Shown here in pieces: positions 27,176-37,677 of a DNA stretch of 37,677 bases. The notes under the pieces were generated by a model that made no database searches, was not told the DNA's origin, and saw nothing but the letters and a program-made list of their open reading frames with translations. Both the position numbers and the translations under genes were made by a program. Each line of letters opens with the position of its first letter. Positions within the stretch are counted from its first letter, which is position 1. This DNA comes from Fidelibacterota bacterium (GTDB lineage Bacteria > Fidelibacterota > Marinisomatia > Marinisomatales > UBA8229), in contig DTUJ01000157.1 in assembly GCA_012964235.1 (NCBI GenBank), forward strand, positions 1 to 37,677. Reading direction: 5' to 3'.

Positions 27176-28138
27176 ATGGCACGGATTAGTTTTGATGATT
27201 TATTAAGCATAGGTGCTCACTTTGGACATGTAGTCCGCAAGTGGAATCCAAATTTCCAGCCTTATGTTCTCATGGAAAAAAATGGTGTTCACATTATTAA
27301 TCTTGAGGAAACACTGAAAAATCTTGAGAGAGCACTCCATTTTATCACAGACGTGATTTCACGCAATGGCGAAATTCTATTCGTCGGTACAAAAAAGCAG
27401 GCAAAAGATATTATTCAACAGGAAGCTGATCGATGTGGAATGTTTTATGTGGTTGAGCGCTGGCTTGGTGGGACACTTACAAATTTTTCTACAATTAAGA
27501 AAAGTATCAAGCGTCTTCAACTTCTGGAAAAAGAAGGATCAAGTATTTATGAGAATCTGACCAAGAAAGAATTACAAATGCTTAACCGTGAGAGGATTAA
27601 GTTATCTGATCAGCATCGTGGGATCAAGGATATGCGGCGCCTCCCTGATGCAGTTGTTATTGTGGATGCATTTTTTGAGTCTATTGCTATCAAAGAGGCA
27701 AATTTGTTGGAAATTCCAGTAATTGCTATAGTGGATTCTAACACAGATCCTAGGAAAATTGATTATCCGATTCCGGCAAATGACGATTCTATCCGAACAA
27801 TCCAATTAATCATATCTACTCTGACTGATGCTGTGATTGAAGCAAGGACAAAGGATGATGCTGTAGAAGATATTAAATTGGATTCCGAACAGTCAGATTC
27901 CAAGGAAGATAAGTCTGAAATAAAGAAAGAACAATTATCCGAAGAGACAAAGATAGAAACTGCCGCAGAGGAACTGGCAGTAAATACTGAAGAATTTGAT
28001 AGCACGACAGAAAAAACTGCTAAGAAAAAATCAGTCAAAACGAAAACTACCCTAGGGACTGATTCTGAAGAAAAGAAGACAAAAGGAAATAAGGATAGCC
28101 AGAAGAAACCTGCTGTAATAGAAGAGGAAGAGAATTAG
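27176..28138 (+). CDS. rpsB: 30S ribosomal protein S2 with long charged C-terminal tail
   Basis: GAHFGH, FVGTKKQA, RWLGGTLTN and IPANDD motifs; about 95-aa Glu/Asp/Lys-rich extension. Confidence 0.97.
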   Translation: MARISFDDLLSIGAHFGHVVRKWNPNFQPYVLMEKNGVHIINLEETLKNLERALHFITDVISRNGEILFVGTKKQAKDIIQQEADRCGMFYVVERWLGGTLTNFSTIKKSIKRLQLLEKEGSSIYENLTKKELQMLNRERIKLSDQHRGIKDMRRLPDAVVIVDAFFESIAIKEANLLEIPVIAIVDSNTDPRKIDYPIPANDDSIRTIQLIISTLTDAVIEARTKDDAVEDIKLDSEQSDSKEDKSEIKKEQLSEETKIETAAEELAVNTEEFDSTTEKTAKKKSVKTKTTLGTDSEEKKTKGNKDSQKKPAVIEEEEN

Positions 28139-28144
28139 TTTGTT

Positions 28145-29481
<1,337 letters not shown>

Positions 29482-29487
29482 ATAGAT

Positions 29488-30045
29488 ATGATTGAAAATA
29501 TTTTAGAAGATTCTGAACATCGTATGGATCAAACTCTTGTCCATACACGAATGGAGTTAGGGAAGGTTCGAACAGGACGTGCAAATCCAGAACTTCTTGA
29601 TGGCATCCAGGTGAGCTACTACGGAACAATGACACCGTTAAATCAGGTAGCAAATATATCAGTTCCGAATCCACAGAGAATGTCTATCCTGCCCTATGAA
29701 AAAGCATTGATTCCTGATATTGAAAAAGCGATCCTCGAGAGTAATATTGGATTGACACCCAGCAATAACGGTAATGCTGTCATCGTTCCTATACCCCAAT
29801 TATCTGAGGAGAGGAGAAAGGAACTTATCAGATATGTTCATGATTTAGTGGAAGAGGGAAGAGTTTCTGTTCGGAATGTTCGAAAGGATGCAAACCACCA
29901 ACTGAAGGATCTCCAAACTGGGGAGCATATATCAGAAGATGAAATCAGACGAGCGGAAAATGATATTCAGACAATGACGGACAGGCATATCAATGAATTG
30001 AAAACAGTACAGGAACAAAAAGAAAAAGAAATCATGAAAGTATAG
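29488..30045 (+). CDS. frr: Ribosome recycling factor
   Basis: RTGRANP, YYG..TPLNQVA, LSEERRKEL and RVSVRNVR motifs. Confidence 0.97.
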   Translation: MIENILEDSEHRMDQTLVHTRMELGKVRTGRANPELLDGIQVSYYGTMTPLNQVANISVPNPQRMSILPYEKALIPDIEKAILESNIGLTPSNNGNAVIVPIPQLSEERRKELIRYVHDLVEEGRVSVRNVRKDANHQLKDLQTGEHISEDEIRRAENDIQTMTDRHINELKTVQEQKEKEIMKV

Positions 30046-30052
30046 TTCTTTC

Positions 30053-30087
30053 CCCTTCGCGGGCGACTCCTTTAGAAGGGTTAATTT
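30053..30087. terminator. Possible weak terminator between convergent frr and nrdJ
   Basis: CCCTTC...GAAGGG 6-bp stem with a 16-nt loop followed by an AT-rich tract; no clean U-run. Confidence 0.3.
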
Positions 30088-30108
30088 AAAATTAAATATA
30101 TAAAGTAT

Positions 30109-32535
30109 TTAATCACATTTAGAAAATCCACAGCCCGTACAAGTTACGCACCCTGATTGAAACTGAACGGGGCCACCACAGTCGGGACATGAAGAAATAT
30201 TTTTTACTGTATAGTCTTGTATATTCTTACCATGTGTTTCAGCTTCATTGGCAATGGTAAAATGTGTAAATTTTGGTTCATCTTTTGATTTTTTCTGTGT
30301 GTGGTTTTTCAGATAGTCATCCAATGCTTTCCCAATAGCATCAGGAGTAGAAAGTATAAGTCGTCCATCTTCCCATGTCGGGTTTGGGCCACTAATTCCT
30401 TTTAATTGCTTCACAATAGATTCAGGATTGATTCCTGATCGTAAAGCTAGAGAAATAAGTCGGCTAATTGCCTCAGATTGTGCAGCTGCATTTCCACCGG
30501 CTTTACCAATAGCAGTAAATACTTCACAAAGGCCATGTTCATCTTCATTGACAGTAATGTATAATGTTCCTTCCCCTGTACGAATTCTCCGGGTTCTTCC
30601 TAAGGTTGTATTAGGCCTGAATCGAGGTTCAGCTCTCACACGGATTTTTTCGGCTGATTTATTCGTGGTTGATTCTTGTATTTCTTTTTCTTCATTCGTT
30701 TTTGCATCTGTGATGAGTACGCCTTCACGTGCACCCTCCCGGTAAACAGTAATACCCTTTAATCCTGCTTTATAAGCAGTCATATAAATATCTGCAACGG
30801 TTTCAACTGAAACGTCTCCAGGTAGATTTACGGTTGAAGAGATAGAACTGTCAATATACTTTTGGATGACCCCTTGCATTTTTACGCGAAAATAGGGATC
30901 AATATTATGAGCAGTGATAACATAGTCAGGGAGGTTCTCATCATTTCCAAAGAGTTTTTCAATGATGGGGTGATATACTTTATATTCTTTAAACAGTTTA
31001 CCATTGCCTTTATTTTTCTTTACTCTCCGTCTGTAAGATGTATCAAAAATCGGTTCGATCCCGGAGGAAACTCTGGCAACAATGGCCCCGCTTCCGGTTG
31101 GAGCTACAGTTGTGAGAGTGCTATTTCGGATACCGTGTTTTTGAATTTGGTCCCGAAGGTTCTTTGGTAGATTTTTAATAAATTTACTTTTACTATGCCC
31201 AGACCAGTCAAAATTCGGAAATATACCCTTTTCTTTCGCCAATTCTATACTGGTTTCATAGGAAGTATCTCGAAAAATTTGCATAATCTGGTCCACGGTC
31301 TGAAGCGCATCCTCACTATCGTACTTAATATTCATTTTTACCAACATATCAGCCAGCCCAAGAATTCCGAGTCCAACTCTACGATCATTCTTAGCATTAG
31401 CTTTTTGTGATGCCAAGGCATGCCTTTTCATGTTGTAATCAACAACATTGTCTAGAAAGCGAAATCCCATGGAGACAGTTTCTTTAAACTTATCAATGGT
31501 GAAATTTTTATTATTATCTACGAACCTTTCTAGATTGATTGCGCCCAGATTACAGCACCCGCCCTCTGGTAATGGTTGTTCAGCGCATGGATTTGTTGAT
31601 ACTAAAGGACTACAATATTCTGCATTGTGATAATCTTTCATTGTGTCCCAAAAGAGAAGACCCGGCTCCGCACTGCTATGTGCATAATGGATTATCTTAT
31701 TCCATAAATCTCGCGCTTTAACAGTTTTGTATGCCGTATTCTTCCACATGAGTTCAAAATCGTCATTCTGTTCTACTGCTTGTAAAAATTTATGTGTTAA
31801 CAGAACAGAAATATTGGAGTATTTAACCATATTTATATCACCTGTTTTGATGGCGATAAATTTTTCGATATCAGGATGATCTACCCGGAGCGTTTGCATA
31901 TTGGCACCCCGTCTTCCATGCTGAGCAATTGTATTTGTATTCTCGCTGAACAGGTTCATGAATCCCGTTGGCCCGCATGATTCCCCTCCCGTTCCATGGA
32001 TCGCATCGCCTGCAGGTCTCAAAAGTGAGAGATCATGGCCACACCCACCACCATATTTATAGGTAAGAGCTTCGTCGTTAATAGCGGCATAGATTGCATT
32101 TATGGAATCGTCCTTAATAGCAACAACATAACAATTATTTAATGTTGTTGTAATGTCCTCACGGCCTGCTCCATGCATAATACGACCACCCGGGACAAAC
32201 CTGAAATCTTCAAGTATAGAAAAGAAATTTTTCTCCCATTTATCTTTAAGCTGTTTCGTTTTCTCAACGGAGGAAATGCTTTTTGCCTGACGGGTCCATA
32301 ATTCCCAGGGATGTTGTTCCCAGGGGGCTAAATACTTATTCTTCAAGACATCCATACCGAGGGTATCTTTTCCATAATAATTGTTTATTTGAAATTCAGT
32401 GGGTAATTCACCATCTGACTTAATCAATGGTTCTGAATCTATCTTGACGTTGAGGAGAGCTTCCGGAACTTTTGGATCTGGTGCTTTGGATCTAACTTTT
32501 GTAGAGGTAAAATCTAGTTCTATTGCTTCAGCCAT
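30109..32535 (-). CDS. nrdJ: Adenosylcobalamin-dependent (class II) ribonucleotide reductase with fused TSCPD-like domain and C-terminal Zn ribbon
   Basis: PGGRIM, NCYV, RRGANM, TNPCAEQPL, CNLGAINL, APTG, SSGIEP and KGITVYR motifs. No C-terminal YY pair, no adjacent beta subunit; ends CPDC..CTGCGFSKC. Confidence 0.93.
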   Translation of the reverse strand: MAEAIELDFTSTKVRSKAPDPKVPEALLNVKIDSEPLIKSDGELPTEFQINNYYGKDTLGMDVLKNKYLAPWEQHPWELWTRQAKSISSVEKTKQLKDKWEKNFFSILEDFRFVPGGRIMHGAGREDITTTLNNCYVVAIKDDSINAIYAAINDEALTYKYGGGCGHDLSLLRPAGDAIHGTGGESCGPTGFMNLFSENTNTIAQHGRRGANMQTLRVDHPDIEKFIAIKTGDINMVKYSNISVLLTHKFLQAVEQNDDFELMWKNTAYKTVKARDLWNKIIHYAHSSAEPGLLFWDTMKDYHNAEYCSPLVSTNPCAEQPLPEGGCCNLGAINLERFVDNNKNFTIDKFKETVSMGFRFLDNVVDYNMKRHALASQKANAKNDRRVGLGILGLADMLVKMNIKYDSEDALQTVDQIMQIFRDTSYETSIELAKEKGIFPNFDWSGHSKSKFIKNLPKNLRDQIQKHGIRNSTLTTVAPTGSGAIVARVSSGIEPIFDTSYRRRVKKNKGNGKLFKEYKVYHPIIEKLFGNDENLPDYVITAHNIDPYFRVKMQGVIQKYIDSSISSTVNLPGDVSVETVADIYMTAYKAGLKGITVYREGAREGVLITDAKTNEEKEIQESTTNKSAEKIRVRAEPRFRPNTTLGRTRRIRTGEGTLYITVNEDEHGLCEVFTAIGKAGGNAAAQSEAISRLISLALRSGINPESIVKQLKGISGPNPTWEDGRLILSTPDAIGKALDDYLKNHTQKKSKDEPKFTHFTIANEAETHGKNIQDYTVKNISSCPDCGGPVQFQSGCVTCTGCGFSKCD

Positions 32536-32855
32536 TTCCGTTTTTCTGTACTAATTTTTCATTCAGTGGACGAAATCGGCAAGTGAAAAAATACCGTAAA
32601 GCAAGAAATTATGTTATAAATTGTTGGGTTGGCAGCCCAAATTTATCTACAAGTAAATTAACAGACAAATAGAAATATTGGTTTAAAGTGGTTTTTTTAA
32701 AATTCTCCAAAATTTGATTTGGTTTTTATTGAGAACAATACATAATAATAAAAACATTTTATTCATTTAGCTGGTTATAAAAATATAGTTAAAACATAAT
32801 TGGAAAAGGGATTCTCATAGCATTGTTTATCGGATTTATTGACAGTTTTTTATAG

Positions 32856-34211
32856 TTACGCTTGAGTTTTTATTAATGGAAATTTCCTGACTGTCCAGTA
32901 AACCCAGGTCAACGCTACTATGGATGAAACAACCGTTGAGATCATCATGGAATACCAGATCCATTCCAGAGGTCGACCTTGAATAAAAATAAAAAATGCT
33001 GCCAATGGAGACGATACTAGCAATACACGAATGGACGTAATGATTAACAAAGGCATTCCAAGACCAAGGCCCTGGAGAATACGACCACAAGGCATGGCAG
33101 TCGCAACCAATGGATAAACGATGGACATAAGCCTTAAATATTTGACCGCTGTATTTTGGATATAAATATCCTTAGTAAAACCCATGATTAATTGTGGTGC
33201 ACAAGCATATACAATAATAGAAATAACCACCGTGATCATGAATGACCTGGTTAATCCGTATTTAATAATATATTTTACTTTGTCCAATTTCTGCGCACCA
33301 TGAAACATGCCCACCAAAGTTGTTAATGCGAATGCTATGGACATAATAGGTAGAAAAATGACCATATCAATTCGTCCGCCAACCTGGTAGGCAGCCACCG
33401 AATCAGTGGAAAAATAAACGAGAATCCTATTAAAAATTAACTGTCCGATAGACATGATCACCATGGACATGGAAGCAGGAAGGCCAACTTTAATAATATC
33501 TTTCATAATAAAAGAAGATGGTTTGAAATCCTTTAAACGAAAGGTAATATAGGAATGCTCTTTGACGAACAACATATAAACAAAAATAATAAAAACGATT
33601 ATCTGGCTAATAACAGTTGCCCATGCTGCCCCAGGGATACCAAACCCAAGTGTAAAAATAAAAATTGGGTCCAGTATAATATTCAGTACAGTCCCTAACG
33701 CGGCTACTGTCATTGGAAATTTGGTATCCCCTTCCCCAGCCAGGATGGAACGAAAAAACGCAGACAGCACCATAAAGGGTAATCCAATACAAATAACTCT
33801 GAGATAAGACCAGCTTAAGTTAGCCACATCAGCGGTTGCACCAATACTGACTAAAATTTGTTTGCCGTAAACCAACCCGACAGTTGTTAATACAACGCTG
33901 ATACCTAAACCCAGAACCACTGCATGTTCTGCGCTGTTATCAGCGCTGATTTTATCTTTTGCACCAATGAATCGGGCTATGGAAGCAGTAACGCCGGCAC
34001 CCAGTCCAAATGTCAACCCCAGAACAAAAAAGAATAAGGGCATGTTAAAAGCCACAGCTGCAATGGCATTGCCACTCAACCGGCCGATAAATACCATATC
34101 AACGATAGAATAAATTGTTTGAATGCTCATCCCAGCCATGACCGGAATAGCTAATTTCCATAAACCCTTTGCAGGGTTGGATAAATATTCTTCTAGTCTG
34201 GATTCAGCCAT
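32856..34211 (-). CDS. MATE-family efflux transporter
   Basis: About 12 TM segments; LAIP......Q..Y..VD, GEGDTKFPM, LNIILDPIFIF..G.GI.GAAWAT motifs. Likely start ATG 34211. Confidence 0.92.
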   Translation of the reverse strand: MAESRLEEYLSNPAKGLWKLAIPVMAGMSIQTIYSIVDMVFIGRLSGNAIAAVAFNMPLFFFVLGLTFGLGAGVTASIARFIGAKDKISADNSAEHAVVLGLGISVVLTTVGLVYGKQILVSIGATADVANLSWSYLRVICIGLPFMVLSAFFRSILAGEGDTKFPMTVAALGTVLNIILDPIFIFTLGFGIPGAAWATVISQIIVFIIFVYMLFVKEHSYITFRLKDFKPSSFIMKDIIKVGLPASMSMVIMSIGQLIFNRILVYFSTDSVAAYQVGGRIDMVIFLPIMSIAFALTTLVGMFHGAQKLDKVKYIIKYGLTRSFMITVVISIIVYACAPQLIMGFTKDIYIQNTAVKYLRLMSIVYPLVATAMPCGRILQGLGLGMPLLIITSIRVLLVSSPLAAFFIFIQGRPLEWIWYSMMISTVVSSIVALTWVYWTVRKFPLIKTQA

Positions 34212-34246
34212 AGGTAACACCAAAGTTAGATTAAATAGTCTAGAAA

Positions 34247-34492
34247 TTAATGCTTATTTCCTGCGACAGAAGGAAGCTCATGAAAAACAGGAAGGTGTGT
34301 TGCATCCGCATTCAGTTTGTCAATGGTGACTTTACCCTTGAAAACTCTTGAGCCAATTCATCGATTACGGGACCGATGGTTCTACATGTGCCATACTCTA
34401 GGTAGCCAGATATAAATCAAGGTCAATCCAATTTGATTTTCAACGGTTTCCTGCCAATTTTCATCTGTGTATGTTATTACGAAATCGTTCAT
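34247..34492 (-). pseudogene. Degraded thioredoxin gene
   Basis: SD plus ATG at 34492. MNDFVITYTDENWQETVENQIGLTLIYIW, frameshift, YGTCRTIGPVIDELAQEF, frameshift, KGKVTIDKLNAD, then a TFLFF remnant in another frame. Confidence 0.8.
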
Positions 34493-34538
34493 GTTAATTC
34501 CTTTCTTTTTCTCTTTAGATGAAAAAGATCAGAAATGG

Positions 34539-36350
34539 CTATACATTAATTGAAGCAAAGGGCCAGAGGATTGGAATTAACCAGGTTGCCATGCACCATA
34601 ATACAATTGCCAGGGGCAATCCCACGCGCACATAATCAGTAAACTTATACCCGCCGGGACTATAAACCATCAAATTTGTCTGGTAACCGATGGGTGTAAT
34701 AAATGATGCAGAAGCTGCAAAACATACTGCAAACACGAATGTCCGGGGGTCTAATCCCATCTGCTGAGCAGCAGAAATGGCTATAGGTGTCATAATAATA
34801 GCTGTGGCGGCGTTGGATGTCGTTTCCGTCAGAATTATTGTAACCAGGTATATTAAAGACAGCATAATCGTTGGACGGATGAGTGGATTAAATGCATTTG
34901 CAATATCATTTAATACTGTTCCAATCCAAAAAGCAGTTCCGCTTTTTTGAATGACAATTCCCAAAGGAATTAATGCAGCGATCAACACGATTACCTGCCA
35001 ATTAATACTCTGATAAGCTTCATTCGCTGTGATAACTCTGATGACTAAAAGAAATATGGCTCCGATCAAAGCTCCTTTCAAAATAGGAACAATCCCTAGT
35101 GCAGCTAGGATAACTGTGCCCAATATCACTGCGACGCTTACCCACCAATATTTATGTTTTTGCAGTGTTGCTTCAATTTCACCCAGAACAATGAAATCAC
35201 CAGAATCAGAAAGCTCTTTAATTTTTTCAATTGGTCCATAGATGAGAAGTGTATCAAATGCTTGAAGAACAACATGGGCAATTTTCTTTCTGAGAATCTC
35301 TCCTTCCCGCCTGATTGCTAAAATGAAACTACCAAAACGGCGGCGGAAATTGATTTCCATTAAACTTTTACCTACCAAATCTGTCCGATTCGTTATCAGA
35401 CATTCTACCAGAGTATTATCATCATGGATTAATTCATCCTGGGTCAATTTTTCATCCGTCAGCATTGTGACTTTTTCTACTTCCTTCATGCGTAAAAAGT
35501 TTTCAAGAGAACCCCGGACAAATAAGATATCTTCTGGATAAATAATTGTATCCCGAATATTTTTACTGATTAGTTTACCATCTCTTAATATATCTAAAAC
35601 CGTGATATCGTAATTCTTATTTACGGCTCTTTCCTTGCAAGTACGCCCAACAAGTGGGGATTCTTCACTCACTTTTAATTCAGTCAAATAACCACCCATG
35701 TGATAGCTTTTGGTTAAACTGGACGTTACAGTTCTGGATGGTATTAAAAATGGAACGGCTATTAATAAATAGGCCACACCAATAACGAGCATAACCAATC
35801 CGAATTTTGCGAACTCAAACATTCCCAAGGGTGGCGATGAAGGTATGGTATTGACATAAATTGAATTCACCAGGAGATTTGTGGATGTACCTACTAAAGT
35901 AAGTGTACCTCCAATGATGGCGATATAACTCAACGGCATAAGCAATTTAGATGGACTTAAATTATACTTTTGAGCAAGACGAATTGTCAATGGAATAAAG
36001 ATAGCTACGATAGCCGTATTATTAACAAAGGCTGAAGCCAAGGCAACCGATATCAAAAAAACAAACAAACCAAGGAATCGAGACCGTTCAGTGAGTTTAT
36101 TCAGACGAATTACCATATATTCCAATATTCCTGATTTTTGTAGGGCATGGCTTAATACAAATAACAATGCAATGGTGATCACGGCTGGATTTGCAAATCC
36201 GCTTATGGCTTCTTCCGGTGAGATATAGCCCAATACCAATACAACTGCTAATATTGACAATGCCGTTACATCCAGCGGAAACAGCTCCCCTACAAACAGG
36301 ATAAACATTAGGGTAATTACACCCAGAACTATGGCAATTTCAAGAGTCAT
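34539..36350 (-). CDS. SLC13/DASS-family (CitMHS-like) permease with two TrkA-C domains
   Basis: SAFVNNT, GGTLTLVGTSTNL, central soluble repeats (SPLVGRT; DLVGKSL..INFR), SNAATA and FITPIGYQTN motifs. Confidence 0.92.
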   Translation of the reverse strand: MTLEIAIVLGVITLMFILFVGELFPLDVTALSILAVVLVLGYISPEEAISGFANPAVITIALLFVLSHALQKSGILEYMVIRLNKLTERSRFLGLFVFLISVALASAFVNNTAIVAIFIPLTIRLAQKYNLSPSKLLMPLSYIAIIGGTLTLVGTSTNLLVNSIYVNTIPSSPPLGMFEFAKFGLVMLVIGVAYLLIAVPFLIPSRTVTSSLTKSYHMGGYLTELKVSEESPLVGRTCKERAVNKNYDITVLDILRDGKLISKNIRDTIIYPEDILFVRGSLENFLRMKEVEKVTMLTDEKLTQDELIHDDNTLVECLITNRTDLVGKSLMEINFRRRFGSFILAIRREGEILRKKIAHVVLQAFDTLLIYGPIEKIKELSDSGDFIVLGEIEATLQKHKYWWVSVAVILGTVILAALGIVPILKGALIGAIFLLVIRVITANEAYQSINWQVIVLIAALIPLGIVIQKSGTAFWIGTVLNDIANAFNPLIRPTIMLSLIYLVTIILTETTSNAATAIIMTPIAISAAQQMGLDPRTFVFAVCFAASASFITPIGYQTNLMVYSPGGYKFTDYVRVGLPLAIVLWCMATWLIPILWPFASINV

Positions 36351-36421
36351 ATGTTAACAATTATCCTCAGCAGATTTTTCCTGGTGATATTTTAAGGGTC
36401 ACTAATTGGATTTTTTTATCA

Positions 36422-37677
36422 TTATAATATTACTGTTTCATCAACTTTGTCAATTTGATTTGGTTTTAGAAATTTTTTCGCATACTTTTTATAGATTCCT
36501 TCCTTCACAAAAATTTTAAATAAATCTTTATCAATATGGCGATCTTTATTCATAAAACCCATAATCCGCATTGCTTCTGAAAGTTTTTTTCCATCCTTAT
36601 AAGGTCGGTCAGCAGCGGTTAATGCTTCGTAAATATCAGCGATTGCGATCATTTTAGCCTGTGGAGACATTTGGTTTTCAGTTAAGCCCCGTGGATATCC
36701 CGTACCATCTAATTTTTCGTGATGTCCACCAGCGAACTCAGGAATATTTTTTAAATGTTTGGGATATGGTAACTGTTCCAACATTTCAATAGTAATGGAG
36801 ATATGACTGTTAATTATTTCACGTTCTTCGGGAAGCAGTGTCCCCTTGGATATGTTTAAGTTGCGTACTTCATCTTTTGATAAAAAGGGTTTTTTCTTGC
36901 CTTTTTCTTTAAAGGGATATTTTGAAATTCGTATTACCCGTTCCTGCAATTCTTCGAGCATAAATTCACCACCAATATTGCATTGCTCAAGGAATGCTTC
37001 ATCTTCATCTAATTGTTCCATTTGTCTTTTATATTCACCCTTGAGTTTTTTTAAAGCGGTTTTATCACTATTTTTCAACTTATATGTTTTTTTTAAAAAT
37101 TCAATTTCTTTGTCACGACGGAGAACCTCAAATTTATTCTTGATAATATCAATTCGGTCAAAAATTTTCTCTAGTTTTGTTCCTTTATCTACGATATGAG
37201 TAGGGGTAGCTACTTTACCGCAATCATGAAGCCAGGCTGCAATATATAATTCATTTCGTTCATCCGGAGTCATGTCAAAATCCTTATATTTCCCGCTTTT
37301 AATCTTTCCAACAGCATCTGCGAGCATCATTGTAATCTCCGGTACACGACTGCAATGTCCCCCGGTGTACGCAGATTTTTTATCGATAGCGGTTGCAATT
37401 AGTTTAATGAACGATTCAAAAAGAACCTCTAATTCTCTAATTAAATTTTTGTTTGTGATTGCAATAGCAGCTTGACTGGCAAGACTTTCAATCATTTTTA
37501 TCGAGGTAGAAAATGAAACGATTTCACCTGTCTTTGGATTTTTAGAATTCAATAACTGAAGAACACCAATAATATTATCTTCATGGTTTTTCATTGGCAC
37601 CGTTAAAAACGATATTGAACGATATCCATGTCTTTTATCCCACCCTTTTGTACCGGAAAAATCAAATCCTTTCTCTT
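36422..37677 (-). CDS. GAF + HD-GYP cyclic-dinucleotide phosphodiesterase (5' truncated by window edge)
   Basis: Frame is open to the window end (FDFSGTK..D..HGYRS.SFLTVPM, GAF domain). YTGGHC.RV, LHDCGK, HHEKLDGTGYP and ADIYEALTA.DRPYK motifs. Confidence 0.92.
   Translation of the reverse strand, partial: EKGFDFSGTKGWDKRHGYRSISFLTVPMKNHEDNIIGVLQLLNSKNPKTGEIVSFSTSIKMIESLASQAAIAITNKNLIRELEVLFESFIKLIATAIDKKSAYTGGHCSRVPEITMMLADAVGKIKSGKYKDFDMTPDERNELYIAAWLHDCGKVATPTHIVDKGTKLEKIFDRIDIIKNKFEVLRRDKEIEFLKKTYKLKNSDKTALKKLKGEYKRQMEQLDEDEAFLEQCNIGGEFMLEELQERVIRISKYPFKEKGKKKPFLSKDEVRNLNISKGTLLPEEREIINSHISITIEMLEQLPYPKHLKNIPEFAGGHHEKLDGTGYPRGLTENQMSPQAKMIAIADIYEALTAADRPYKDGKKLSEAMRIMGFMNKDRHIDKDLFKIFVKEGIYKKYAKKFLKPNQIDKVDETVIL

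Noticed and set aside
32536-32855. NrdR boxes or cobalamin riboswitch upstream of nrdJ
   Set aside because: The best candidate (around 32670-32685) lacks conserved positions and a tandem partner; no B12-box/GGGAA core seen.
34380-34410. Recoded (Sec/Pyl) active site in the thioredoxin remnant
   Set aside because: No in-frame TGA at the Cys position; the TAG is accompanied by several indels, consistent with ordinary decay.

Overview
AT-rich chromosomal window of core genes from a diderm bacterium. Gene order (rplM-rpsI-rpsB-tsf-pyrH-frr; efp-accB-accC-gcvH), a group II GGGP synthase and a bifunctional FTCD suggest the FCB superphylum, possibly Marinimicrobia/SAR406-like; this is an inference. 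The + strand carries clpC (partial), dnaK, tamB-like, an Omp85/TamA-like gene, a TPR lipoprotein, moxR, DUF58, a Bat-type membrane protein, efp, accB, accC, gcvH, GGGP synthase, gmhA, xerD, a site-2 protease, ftcd, mutL, miaA, pyrR-pyrB-pyrC, rplM, rpsI, rpsB, tsf, pyrH and frr. The - strand carries nrdJ (class II RNR), a MATE transporter, an SLC13/TrkA-C permease and a GAF/HD-GYP protein (partial). I saw no mobile element, CRISPR array, tRNA or rRNA, and no unambiguous new multi-gene system. Signals missed by the ORF track: a 45-aa single-pass membrane sORF coupled to the site-2 protease, a frameshifted thioredoxin pseudogene, a miaA with no canonical start codon ahead of its P-loop, and a complete PyrR attenuator with an unusual antiterminator pairing. 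The archaeal-type ether-lipid enzyme sits inside the acetyl-CoA carboxylase operon.
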